Source of the DNA: a virus
Taxonomy: Duplodnaviria > Caudoviricetes
DNA: 61,812 nucleotides
Reading direction: 5' to 3' (one strand)
IMG/VR virus record: IMGVR_UViG_3300035183_000056
Span: 1 to 61,812 of that record
The first letter of the stretch is position 1, and every line of letters starts with the position of its first letter. The notes beneath the pieces are model-generated. The model made no database searches. It saw only the letters and a list, made by a program, of their open reading frames with translations, and was not told the DNA's origin. Of the stretch, positions 20,914 through 30,346 are shown in pieces. Both the position numbers and the translations under genes were made by a program.

Positions 20914-21731
20914 AAAAAATCTAGAGGCTGGATATTAAGTTTGTGAGGGTATTTAGCACGACAGAGCCGGCAATTGAGCGTAGTAGACTCATTCACGCCA
21001 TGCTTCACCGAATTTTCAATCAACCTGGCCTCCTCAAACAAGCTGAGATCCGTAGTAGCTTCCAAGGCCTTAAATCGCTCGTCTAGGGTATCATTAGCCG
21101 GGTTCTGTGGCTTTAGCCACTGCGCAATGGGGGCCAAAAACCGAAGCTCAGGGTTTTTCAGAGCTTCGATCAAACTGACCATGTGCTTAACACGCGGGAA
21201 ATCGAATCGGGTGGGATCGAAAGGGCATGTCCAATCATCATCAAAAGATATGATGTCCATGTTGACCATATGTAGGATTTCGGTATTGTAGGTATCGCAA
21301 GGGACGACCTCATAAGCCGACAAATCGTCAGGCCGCCTAAAGGTATGGTCATTAAATATGATGCTGTGACTTTCTTTGTGACGCAAGTAGGACGCCTTAC
21401 AATGCCAGTTCGCAACCATCGGCGTCTTAGGCATGGAATGAATACGTAACCACGCCATCACATAGTAGAAATCACCGATGGTGAGATCATAGATGTTTTC
21501 AGTCGTAACCAAGTCCACAGCACGAATAAGGTGAGTACTGTCCTCTAAGGCCACCGCTTTTGATAAAAGCTTGAGCTCCGTGATAGCAAAGGGACGCACG
21601 TAGAGCCGTGAAAAAGACCCCTGATTCAAGAAGGGAGGCTGGTAGGGAAAGAACTGAGAAGGAAGTGCTCCGATGTCAGAGAATCTCGGGTCAGCCAGCA
21701 CTTCTTGGCGTTGGTTGGGTGTTAACAACAT
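20907..21731 (-). CDS. tail/baseplate assembly chaperone (T4 gp26-like)
   Basis: VRPF...E.K, DLT.GDF.Y....LR..S, CxxC and terminal DFF motifs. Confidence 0.75.
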   Translation of the reverse strand: MLLTPNQRQEVLADPRFSDIGALPSQFFPYQPPFLNQGSFSRLYVRPFAITELKLLSKAVALEDSTHLIRAVDLVTTENIYDLTIGDFYYVMAWLRIHSMPKTPMVANWHCKASYLRHKESHSIIFNDHTFRRPDDLSAYEVVPCDTYNTEILHMVNMDIISFDDDWTCPFDPTRFDFPRVKHMVSLIEALKNPELRFLAPIAQWLKPQNPANDTLDERFKALEATTDLSLFEEARLIENSVKHGVNESTTLNCRLCRAKYPHKLNIQPLDFFR

Positions 21732-21762
21732 TGGATTTCTCCTTTTACTTAGTGGTGAGAAA

Positions 21763-22296
21763 CTACGGGATATTTACTAGCCTAACGGTCTTATGCCATT
21801 CTGCAATAGACCCATCTACGCTAAATGTTTGAGTCAAGGTCAACCTCTCATTGGATTGCCCTAATGGCCAGCTACTCGTTTCTGCGGGCCAAATCCCCTG
21901 CAGAGTTGTGGTCAGGACTAGCTCATTATTGGTGTCCAATAGGGTAACTTTAAGGTCTTTCTTATATTTGCTTGGGAGGCCGTACTTTCCTGTATTTGGA
22001 TTACGGACTTTAGATTTCCAGGTCTCTACCCACCCTAAAGCGGTTGCCCTATCGTCTTCATAGAGGACGATGTTAAAGGATGAGATATTGATTGTCGATG
22101 GGAAGTAGGTAAAAGTAGCAGCCCTATACCACCCATCTCCTATGGAGAGGTTGTTGAACGGCAGGTCCAACGATTCAACATAGGTTGACGGTAACCCAAA
22201 TGGAAGATACGGAGCGACTACCACCCACTTAAAAGCCAACAGGGGGTCTGGTCTATTCTTAATCTTAGCTATGTCTGTGAGTTGACTTGAAGCCAT
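21763..22296 (-). CDS. second tail tube-fold protein
   Basis: DP.LAFKW, YED......W...W and GIWP motifs; paralogous to 22355-22894. Confidence 0.7.
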   Translation of the reverse strand: MASSQLTDIAKIKNRPDPLLAFKWVVVAPYLPFGLPSTYVESLDLPFNNLSIGDGWYRAATFTYFPSTINISSFNIVLYEDDRATALGWVETWKSKVRNPNTGKYGLPSKYKKDLKVTLLDTNNELVLTTTLQGIWPAETSSWPLGQSNERLTLTQTFSVDGSIAEWHKTVRLVNIP

Positions 22297-22354
22297 AAAC
22301 CAGCCCCTGTTGATCTTTGGTTGCGGTTACAGTTTAAGCAAGGACAAGGTCTGG

Positions 22355-22894
22355 TTAAACAGACCGTTCCGTGTAGTAGTCGTACTTCCAACCCACGCTT
22401 AGCGTAATATTGGACACGGACGAACCACTGAAGGACAAGTCCGGTACACTGGATGGCCAACAGTTGTGAACCACGTACTCCTTGACGATAGCACCGGCTT
22501 GGTCAAAGATGGTGAGGTAGCCGTCCCGAGCGTAGCCGTTATCGGAGCCAGTGTTCTTGTATGAACCGTGCTGCCCCGTGGTGCTACGGCACAGTTCACC
22601 CCATTTTTCCAAAATATTGGTGATCTGAGCCATGCGATTCTCGACCAACTCAGTGGTCAAATCGTGACCGAAGGTCTTCTGGCCTGCGTACTCCAGGGTA
22701 TGGCCGAAGATCACGACTTCAATGTTGTTGATGGTGAAGCCTGGTTTGTTAACTGCGGTGCACTGGAGAAGCAGTGGGACGGTGCTGTCACCAGTCGGAG
22801 CGTTGGGGATGTTGAACTGGAAATTATCCGACAACATCGGATCGACGATAGATGCGGCCACTTGGCCTAACGTAGGTTTCGGCATGATTGTCAC
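22355..22894 (-). CDS. major tail tube protein (gp19-like)
   Basis: YAG..TF, NCWPS.V and W.YDY motifs; directly after the sheath. Confidence 0.88.
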   Translation of the reverse strand: MTIMPKPTLGQVAASIVDPMLSDNFQFNIPNAPTGDSTVPLLLQCTAVNKPGFTINNIEVVIFGHTLEYAGQKTFGHDLTTELVENRMAQITNILEKWGELCRSTTGQHGSYKNTGSDNGYARDGYLTIFDQAGAIVKEYVVHNCWPSSVPDLSFSGSSVSNITLSVGWKYDYYTERSV

Positions 22895-22945
22895 CTAATT
22901 GAAGCAAAACGAGTTATTGGTCAAAGCCTAGTCGACCTAATCTTA

Positions 22946-24517
22946 TTAGGCCTGAGAGAACTTTAGACCGCCAGTTTGGGTAATAGTACCGTTGAGGATA
23001 ATCTGCTTAGCCGGTAACACCGGATCCAAGTACACGTCCAGGTTAAGGATGCCTTGGGAAACCACCGATGGAGGGTTGTTCTTATCAGAGCATTCTACAC
23101 GGAAGTCATAAAGGGCCCGACCGTCATTCTTCAAGGGCTTGAGGAACCGCTCGGTGATCTCCGTCAACTGCGCTCTCAACAGGGGGTCATTGGGGTCAAA
23201 TACCGAGTACAAGACCGCTACGGACACCGCCGATTCAATGAACATCATCAACCGGCGTACCGATACGTTACTCAGAGCCGATGCGCGGATCTGCAACGTA
23301 TCAGAGCCCCAGACTTTAATGCCTTGACCGGCAAAAATCTTAATGGGGTTAATCTGAGACGGCACAAGGATCTCCCGGGCTGACAAGTCATAGGAATGCC
23401 GTAATCCCAAAGCCTTGATGTCACCTCTAGTCATACCAGCCGGAGCGTACCAAGTAGCAGCGTCTCTATCGGTCTTAGCATAGACCGCAGCCACTGGGCC
23501 AGACGGCGGGATGAACAGCCTGCGATCATTGATCGAATCCAGGATGAGGATGTCCGGGCTGTAGAGAGCCGCATACGAGGAGTCGATGTTAAGGCTATTC
23601 CGGCGCCAATCAATGGCATCCGCTAAAGCCTGTTGATCGGACGGTACGTCCAAGATGGCCATGCAGTCCATGCGATCCTTGCAAATTTGGACCATCTTGG
23701 CCTGAATATCCGTGTTGGTAAGTCCGCCGTTAATCAGCAGGTTTACGATCACTTCTTCCTTGTCTTCGTACAGGGACCATGCGTCAATGTAGTCCGAGGT
23801 ACTCGGGGGATTACCGTCAGAGCCACCAGTAAGGTTTACAGTCCGGATGGTGTTGATAAACCTAAGATCTGGGTGGGCAGCATACACGGAGTTCGCATAG
23901 TTTTGCCGAACCCGAATATACTTGGACCTGGTGTTGATGTGATCCTGGATATTCAACTGAACCCCGAAACCGTCCCTTATGAAGTTCATGTGGACTTGAA
24001 ACCTTTCTACAGGCTCCGAAGACCCATTCAAGCGAACTTCTACGAAGAAGGTGTTATCCATCAACACCGTTTCAGGGATTATGGTTACATTGATCCCGGA
24101 GTTCCAATCACCGGGATCAATAGCATAAACCCAGAATAAGTCATTACTGCCGAATGAGCCTACCGTCGGGTCTGCCATGCCTGAACCAAATCCTGACATT
24201 AAGTTGGCCCCACCAGGCTTGGACACTACAGCCCCACCATATAGTGCCTCGGGTGCTACCCGAGTGACGTACAAGGCATTACCTTCGGATAAGAAGGCTA
24301 AAGCCGCATAGTGTAGGTATCCATCTACCGGGTTAGGGTCACCAAACATAGCCCGGAATTCAGGCACGCCTGTGATCAAGGTACGTTGATTAACGGGCCC
24401 TCGTCTGGAAAAGCCAAGCACAGCCGCTACGGAAGAGCTTACAGCATCAATCCTGGCTGACAGATCGACTTCTTGGACGTAAACACCCGCAGATGAGTTA
24501 GCACTGCTTACGGACAT
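22946..24517 (-). CDS. tail sheath protein (gp18-like)
   Basis: GVYVQEVDLS, GPVN, W.APAG..RG, INPI, VRRL and FDPND motifs. Confidence 0.96.
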   Translation of the reverse strand: MSVSSANSSAGVYVQEVDLSARIDAVSSSVAAVLGFSRRGPVNQRTLITGVPEFRAMFGDPNPVDGYLHYAALAFLSEGNALYVTRVAPEALYGGAVVSKPGGANLMSGFGSGMADPTVGSFGSNDLFWVYAIDPGDWNSGINVTIIPETVLMDNTFFVEVRLNGSSEPVERFQVHMNFIRDGFGVQLNIQDHINTRSKYIRVRQNYANSVYAAHPDLRFINTIRTVNLTGGSDGNPPSTSDYIDAWSLYEDKEEVIVNLLINGGLTNTDIQAKMVQICKDRMDCMAILDVPSDQQALADAIDWRRNSLNIDSSYAALYSPDILILDSINDRRLFIPPSGPVAAVYAKTDRDAATWYAPAGMTRGDIKALGLRHSYDLSAREILVPSQINPIKIFAGQGIKVWGSDTLQIRASALSNVSVRRLMMFIESAVSVAVLYSVFDPNDPLLRAQLTEITERFLKPLKNDGRALYDFRVECSDKNNPPSVVSQGILNLDVYLDPVLPAKQIILNGTITQTGGLKFSQA

Positions 24518-24545
24518 AAAGTTTCCTCTTTTTTGTTTACCTGAT

Positions 24546-24552
24546 TAAATTA
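24546..24552 (-). promoter_or_regulatory. putative late promoter TAATTTA upstream of the sheath (representative of about 10 copies)
   Basis: The same motif occurs in most intergenic gaps before structural genes. Confidence 0.55.
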
Positions 24553-24573
24553 TCACCGCCTAACGTAGTCCGT

Positions 24574-24948
24574 TTACCCATAGGCGTACGAGACAGCTAC
24601 TGGGCTACTACTGTCGGACTTTATCACCACAGAGTCTAAGGACCCGAAAAGGACGAACACGCCTTTGCAGGGAACATCCGTCAACACATCGGCTGGCCCA
24701 CTTGTAGCTGTATAAGACAAGTCCAGTAAGAGCGGACTGGCTGAGTAGATACAAATGAAGGTATCTACAGCACCCACGGTTATAGACCTGGTGGAACTAA
24801 CGCAGCCTTTGAGGGCACCACTTGTGGCCAATGGGCTGATCTCCCGGCCAATAGATGCAGTCATAACGGGCTTCCGTGTTATCGAATCAGCCATGTGGAG
24901 TGCGAATTCCAATATAGCTGTCCTAGAGGTGGTTAAATCACCGCTCAT
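24574..24948 (-). CDS. hypothetical virion protein
   Basis: 124-aa ORF coupled to the upstream gene. Confidence 0.6.
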   Translation of the reverse strand: MSGDLTTSRTAILEFALHMADSITRKPVMTASIGREISPLATSGALKGCVSSTRSITVGAVDTFICIYSASPLLLDLSYTATSGPADVLTDVPCKGVFVLFGSLDSVVIKSDSSSPVAVSYAYG

Positions 24949-25613
24949 GGTAAAACCTCACTGAAAATATCACCTTCGACTGAAAAGGTCGCTATAGGTT
25001 TGCTGTCTGTGACCGCAAACACATCCTTAAACACACCTGACCAAGTGTGCAGTATTAAATTAGTGGAGAGCTTTATTTCACCTGGCTCATCCGAAGCGTT
25101 CGTGTTCGCTTGGGGAAAGCTAATGGTATCAGGAAACTCTAGCCGTATATTTAGGTCAATACCCATTACCTTCAACGTGAAATTAAGGCCACCTAGGTGG
25201 TTTAACAAAGCTAAAGCTTCGGATAGGTAAACACATTCATTAGGGTCACCATCTAAGATACTTAGGGCTAAAGTACAAGTTATAGGGAACAAGTACCCTT
25301 TCTTGACCGTATGCCTAGTAGTCCCTACCGTGCCGGTCCTTAAACCCACCCTAGCTGTAGTCTTGGAATTACCTTGTGTGTCTTTAACGGCGGTTATTTC
25401 AGATAAGGAAAAGTAGGCGTAGGGATATCGTATTGCCTCGCCTTCTGATCTTTTTCTCCGTATTACCTTGTTGACGGTCTCGTCTGTATTTATGGTGATA
25501 TTATCTAAGCCCAAGGATCGCTCTAGTGAAGACCTAACCCCATATAAAGAGAAAAGGAGGATACTAGAGCTGGCTTTTAAAGCCGCTACCAAGTTAGGGT
25601 CGTCTTTTATCAT
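24945..25613 (-). CDS. putative neck/tail-completion protein
   Basis: Lies between the head and sheath genes; function inferred from position only. Confidence 0.45.
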   Translation of the reverse strand: MIKDDPNLVAALKASSSILLFSLYGVRSSLERSLGLDNITINTDETVNKVIRRKRSEGEAIRYPYAYFSLSEITAVKDTQGNSKTTARVGLRTGTVGTTRHTVKKGYLFPITCTLALSILDGDPNECVYLSEALALLNHLGGLNFTLKVMGIDLNIRLEFPDTISFPQANTNASDEPGEIKLSTNLILHTWSGVFKDVFAVTDSKPIATFSVEGDIFSEVLP

Positions 25614-25663
25614 AAATTCTCCACTATGGACTATGTTTGGCTAGTCTAGGCGACTAGATATGG

Positions 25664-25696
25664 AAAAACCCTGACCAATCTGCACTGGTCAGGGTT
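25664..25696 (-). terminator. intrinsic terminator
   Basis: 11-bp stem AACCCTGACCA/TGGTCAGGGTT running into a T tract on the minus strand. Confidence 0.7.
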
Positions 25697-25711
25697 CCCT
25701 CAGCCGAATTG

Positions 25712-26332
25712 TTAGGTCAGACCAACAACAGACTTACCTTTGCGTCTCAGCAGCGGAGTCGATCCTTTCAGAACAGCTACAGAGGAAACGCTTGCGATAA
25801 CTCGCGGTATCAACGAAATCTCTTCCTTGGGCTTTTTAACTTCCTTATGGGTGGTAGTCGCTGGCTTCTTACCCTCGTCGGCCTCAGTCTCAGAGTCGTC
25901 ATCAGACTCACTAGATTCATCATCCTCAGAGTCAGAGTCAGAGTCATCGGAATCTTCCTCGTCTTCCTCTTCCTCCGCCGCTGCTGAATCATCAGCCTCA
26001 GAGTCCTCGTCCTCCTCGTCGTCTTCGTCTTCGCTGTCTTCGTCTTCGGCAGCTATAGCTGCCGAAATCGAGTCAATGATCGAGGACAGGATCACCTTCT
26101 TTTGCTTTCGCCTTTTAACGCCGGAGCCAGAGCCATCAGTCGATGTAGACGAATCTCCAGTGTCTACAGAACCATCGGGATCATCTTCCGAAGCTAAGCT
26201 TTGCAGGTGTTGCAGGAGCTGGTCCGAATCGTTCGCTGCCATTGCATGATAGAACAAAGCGCCTGCTTGCTCATGCTTTCGTTCCTTCATGGCTAAGGCT
26301 GCCAGCAAAAGGAGGTCGCGTGAAACATTCAT
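25712..26332 (-). CDS. acidic head-associated protein
   Basis: D/E-rich low-complexity middle; follows the capsid gene. Confidence 0.65.
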   Translation of the reverse strand: MNVSRDLLLLAALAMKERKHEQAGALFYHAMAANDSDQLLQHLQSLASEDDPDGSVDTGDSSTSTDGSGSGVKRRKQKKVILSSIIDSISAAIAAEDEDSEDEDDEEDEDSEADDSAAAEEEEDEEDSDDSDSDSEDDESSESDDDSETEADEGKKPATTTHKEVKKPKEEISLIPRVIASVSSVAVLKGSTPLLRRKGKSVVGLT

Positions 26333-26354
26333 ATGGATCCCCTTTTTATGAAGC

Positions 26355-26386
26355 TAGGGCACAAGACCTTTTAGTATTGTGCCCTA
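26355..26386 (-). terminator. hairpin after the capsid gene
   Basis: 10-bp stem TAGGGCACAA/TTGTGCCCTA. Confidence 0.55.
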
Positions 26387-26392
26387 ACAGCC

Positions 26393-27517
26393 TTAGACGC
26401 GCTGGCCTTTGCTGACCGAACGTGCGTTGGCCAGGGTGAAGGAGAAGATTTCGCTTAGCAGCCAGCCGCGCGAGGTGTTGCCTTGGTCAGCACCGCTAGT
26501 CGGGGTACTGGTCAGACCACCACGATCGGTGTATGCAGCGTGGTTTTCCGGCGAAGCGATCACGTAGATTTCACCGCGGTTCAGGACCTTCTGGTTCTGC
26601 TGACGGTAAGCGTCCGTGATCAGGGTCATGCCTATCAGCGTACCCAAGTAGCCATTGAGGGCCAAGTCGTACTTGGTGACCGGATCCAAGAAGGACGTGA
26701 AGTCGGCGTTACCGATGATGTCCTTCCAGAAGTCGTTGGCGATGATCGCAGTGGTAGCCGGCAGATGCCAGTCGGTCACACCTTGTTGAATGGTGGCCAG
26801 CATCTTGGGCGTCAGTTCACCGGAAATGTACTGCAGGGGATTCTGGAGGCCCACAGTTAGGTCTGCGGAGGTCTTCCAGATACGGTCTTCTTTGACCATC
26901 ATCGCGTCCAAACCCTGGTTGTAAGCGTCGTCCAGGATTTCGCCGCTGATGGTTTCGATTTCCATTCGCTCAACGCGAATGTTGGACGTGATCTCGTACT
27001 CAGACGGATAGTAGACCTTGTTGCGGACGATCTGATACTGGATGTCCGACAGCGAAGTCGTAACGACCGCACCAACCGGCCACATCGGGACGGTAATACG
27101 AGCGATGTCACCGGTCTTGAGATTGGAGCCAACAGAGACACGACGCAGGAAACCGGCACGATTGCGTTGTTCCTGAATCTGAGTTGCGATGGTGGCACCC
27201 AAGGACCGCCAGCTGTCACCGGATTCGTCGGCCAGGGCCAGGGCTACCAGCTCAGCCTTTTCAGCCTGGATCCGGCTGTATTCCTCGGAGGAGGACAGGG
27301 CGCTGCGTTCCGGAGTAGTGACCTGACCGGACGAAACGGCTTCCATGAGCTGACCAAGGATCTGCACTAGTTCCTTCTTGGACCCTGCATTGAATTCACC
27401 AGTCGAGGTAGACAGTGCCGGCATGGTGCTCTTGCCAAGACGCAAGTTTTCCAGCGGATCACCGTTTCTGAGTACGAGGTGGGCTCCAGAAAAATCGGGT
27501 TTCATAAGATTCTCCAA
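26393..27517 (-). CDS. major capsid protein (HK97 fold)
   Basis: Size, position after the scaffold and decoration genes, A...KED motif, G.LGTLIGM.LITD strand, strongly biased codons. Confidence 0.8.
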   Translation of the reverse strand: MENLMKPDFSGAHLVLRNGDPLENLRLGKSTMPALSTSTGEFNAGSKKELVQILGQLMEAVSSGQVTTPERSALSSSEEYSRIQAEKAELVALALADESGDSWRSLGATIATQIQEQRNRAGFLRRVSVGSNLKTGDIARITVPMWPVGAVVTTSLSDIQYQIVRNKVYYPSEYEITSNIRVERMEIETISGEILDDAYNQGLDAMMVKEDRIWKTSADLTVGLQNPLQYISGELTPKMLATIQQGVTDWHLPATTAIIANDFWKDIIGNADFTSFLDPVTKYDLALNGYLGTLIGMTLITDAYRQQNQKVLNRGEIYVIASPENHAAYTDRGGLTSTPTSGADQGNTSRGWLLSEIFSFTLANARSVSKGQRV

Positions 27518-27606
27518 TAGAAATTTGTTCTGCTGCGCTGCTTTACGCTGTTACACGCTTCTGCCGCCGCCGCAACTTAGAGACGAACCGTAGACGCTAT
27601 GTGATA

Positions 27607-28299
27607 TTACGGCAGATTAACGCTCAGGATTAGGAACGGACTGGCCGCATTGGGGCTGTTCTTGACCAGAAGACCGGGAATACGTTCGTTGGCCGTCGCA
27701 ACAGTCAACACACCATTACCGGGTTTAACGTAGAGCGCAGAAGACCAATCCGCGGACGCGTCGAAAGCATTGGTGCCAATCAAGCCGCGCTTGATGACTC
27801 CGATTTGACCCATGTTAGAGCTAGCCAGGCCGCCAATCGGGGCTTGGCCAACGATGAGACGCGCTTCTTCCACGGTCGGATTGTACCGGAGTTGAACGGT
27901 TACCGCCTTACCAGCTTCACCAGAATAGAAAGTCAGGCGACGACCTGCCAGCTTGACCTCGGTGGCATCAGCTGGAGAGCCAGTGACAACATCGACAGCC
28001 ACACCGTCTACCTTGACCAGAATCTGACCGGAGATAGGAGTGCGATCCAGGTCGATGTACAGGCCAGTCGGGATAGTGGTAGTCAGGTACGCCGGATAGG
28101 TAGCCGGGGCCGAGTTGCGGCTGTAGCTAAAGCCAGCGAAAATGCTGACAGCATCCGCAGAGTCACACAGACGAACTTTGGTCAGGCCATCGGTGTCCTT
28201 CTCGTAAGAGAGGGGGAAGCCTTCTTCGTCGATGGTGATGCTGGGAAGAACCGCTTCCGTCAGAGTACGGTCCAGACGGGTTTCGAGCAATTGCAACAT
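27607..28299 (-). CDS. capsid decoration / minor capsid protein
   Basis: Directly upstream of the capsid gene; EEG..L, FAGFS beta-tulip-like pattern; biased codons. Confidence 0.6.
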   Translation of the reverse strand: MLQLLETRLDRTLTEAVLPSITIDEEGFPLSYEKDTDGLTKVRLCDSADAVSIFAGFSYSRNSAPATYPAYLTTTIPTGLYIDLDRTPISGQILVKVDGVAVDVVTGSPADATEVKLAGRRLTFYSGEAGKAVTVQLRYNPTVEEARLIVGQAPIGGLASSNMGQIGVIKRGLIGTNAFDASADWSSALYVKPGNGVLTVATANERIPGLLVKNSPNAASPFLILSVNLP

Positions 28300-28369
28300 A
28301 GGAGTTTCCTCAGTTTGCTGATTTAGATTAAAGGGCGAACACTTGAAACTTTATAACACCAACAGCGCG

Positions 28370-30241
28370 TTAGTGAGCGTTACGGCCCAAGTGCTTGGCG
28401 ATCCCAGCTACCCGAGCTTGGAAGTCGGTAGACCCGTTGGCGCTTTCGGACTTAAAGCCGGTCTGCTTATGCTGCTGACCCTTGCCCGATGCATCCCCAG
28501 GGGATGTAGTAGTGACGACCGTATTCGTACCCAAGCTACTCAGACGGTCACTAACTGACGACGACATCGAAACGTCGGTGGTCACTTCGCCATTCTTGGT
28601 TGGCTGGTACCGCATACCGAGAACAGCCTTAGCCAAGCTTTCCTGCACATGGTCCGGTTCTTTCATGATTTCCAAGGCCTTACTAAAGAGTACCTTGTGA
28701 TACGGGTCAGCAGCCGAAGCGAACGCTTGGTCCAGGAATACCTCCGGTTGACGCATACCTGCGTCCTTGAGGGCAGTGCATAAGACTGCCTTCAACGGGT
28801 TTTCCTGATCGACGAAGAACCCTCGGGTTAGGCCGATGGACGCCGTGGCCAGCGAAGCCATCAAGCGTTCCTGGAACTCCTCATGTTGATGTTCCATCTG
28901 AGACTTGGCGGTCGCAACTTGACGAGCAACGGTCTTATTGACATGGGAGGGTAAGTCCACATGACAGGTGATAGGCTTAAAGCCTAGGCCTTCGAGAACT
29001 TCCATTACAGGACCGTGCTTAGCGGCGGCCATCGCGCCCCGACCAAAGTCGGAGGTCTCGAAGATGTCCGCATTTTTACCAGCATCATCCTTGGTGCACA
29101 AAGCGACTGGGCAACCCTTAAGGTAAGCCGTCCAAGTCGGCTTATTCTGGATGCTGCTGCTGAAGGATAGATCGAGGTCTGCGGCCGTTACCTTACTGAA
29201 ATCCGGGTTGGCCTCGTGCAGGTATACGGAGATGGAGTTGTCACCAGACGACTCGGGCATATCGTCCTCATCATCGTCCAGCTCCAGGTCGTCATCCTCG
29301 TCTTCCTCATCGCCCAGGACATCCATAGACCCAGTACCGTCATTGTCCTCTTCATCCTCTTCATCATCACCCGACTCAGATGCCTGATTGAGGTCCGGCT
29401 CTTGCAGCGCCGAATGACAAGTAGGGCACTCAGTAATGTCTTCTTCGGACAAGATGTGGGCGCCGCATTCAGCCGAAGAGCATACGAGGTACTCAACCGG
29501 AAGTTCATCACCAGAAGACAGAGCTTGGAAACGCTGTTCAGTGAACAGGCTGCGGGCCTCTTCCAAGGTAGCAGCTACTACGATCAGCGGCTCATCTTCG
29601 TCGTCATCGCTGCCCGACGTGGACTCATCGTCCTCATCGTCATCGGGTTCTTCCTCATCGAGGTCATCCTCCTCGTCCTCTTCTTCCTCGTCCTCTTCTT
29701 CCTCGTCGTCATCGCTGCCCGACGTGGACTCATCGTCCTCTTCTTCCTCTTCTTCCTCTTCTTCCTCGTCGAGGTCGTCCTCGTCACCATCCGGCTCGTC
29801 ATGGTCATCCATTTCATCCTCTTCCTCGTCATCGCTGCCCGACGTGGGTTCGTCACCCTCATCGTCATCGTCATCGGTCAGAATAGGGGTCGAACAGACC
29901 ACGCAATGCTTCACCAGATCAGCGGATTCGAATACCAGATGCGATTTGCAGCCGTCCGTACACTGATGGTAGTTGACTTCCACGTCACCAGAGGTGGACG
30001 CGAAACTAAGGCTTTGCAGGATGGAGGGTGCAGCCGCCAAATCCATGTTACCGGTCTTGGGGTTGAACAACTCCGTCAAGTTGCTGGAAGAATTGGTGAC
30101 AAAAGCGAATTCTTGGTCTTTGTCCATATAGGCTACCGTGGAGTTACCGGCAGCCAATGCTCTAAAGGCCTTGATCGCTTCATCCTTAGTTCTGCCCACG
30201 GCAACTAGTCCTTGGAACTGGACAGTCTTTTGCTTCGGCAT
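28370..30241 (-). CDS. prohead scaffold/core protein with Zn-ribbon-like Cys clusters and acidic tracts
   Basis: Between protease and capsid genes; two C-x3/4-C-x2-H...CxxC units; long poly-D/E tracts. Confidence 0.65.
   Translation of the reverse strand: MPKQKTVQFQGLVAVGRTKDEAIKAFRALAAGNSTVAYMDKDQEFAFVTNSSSNLTELFNPKTGNMDLAAAPSILQSLSFASTSGDVEVNYHQCTDGCKSHLVFESADLVKHCVVCSTPILTDDDDDEGDEPTSGSDDEEEDEMDDHDEPDGDEDDLDEEEEEEEEEEDDESTSGSDDDEEEEDEEEEDEEDDLDEEEPDDDEDDESTSGSDDDEDEPLIVVAATLEEARSLFTEQRFQALSSGDELPVEYLVCSSAECGAHILSEEDITECPTCHSALQEPDLNQASESGDDEEDEEDNDGTGSMDVLGDEEDEDDDLELDDDEDDMPESSGDNSISVYLHEANPDFSKVTAADLDLSFSSSIQNKPTWTAYLKGCPVALCTKDDAGKNADIFETSDFGRGAMAAAKHGPVMEVLEGLGFKPITCHVDLPSHVNKTVARQVATAKSQMEHQHEEFQERLMASLATASIGLTRGFFVDQENPLKAVLCTALKDAGMRQPEVFLDQAFASAADPYHKVLFSKALEIMKEPDHVQESLAKAVLGMRYQPTKNGEVTTDVSMSSSVSDRLSSLGTNTVVTTTSPGDASGKGQQHKQTGFKSESANGSTDFQARVAGIAKHLGRNAH
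29601..29847 (-). repeat. three direct repeats encoding E[SP]TSGSDD
   Basis: TCGTCATCGCTGCCCGACGTGG at 29601, 29706 and 29826. Confidence 0.9.
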
Positions 30242-30346
30242 ATATTGGGCTCCTAAACAATTGGAGGTCGCTTACGCGAGTCATAAACTCGCAGATTTCT
30301 TAGAAATCTAGCATAAATTAGAGTCTGCAAAATTCGTAGCATACCT

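Noticed and set aside
29601-29847. Spaced direct repeats as a CRISPR array
   Set aside because: In-frame coding repeats with long low-complexity spacers of unequal length; no cas genes
25709-30208. Poly-Ser and hydrophobic plus-strand ORFs
   Set aside because: Antisense shadows of D/E-rich, codon-biased minus-strand genes
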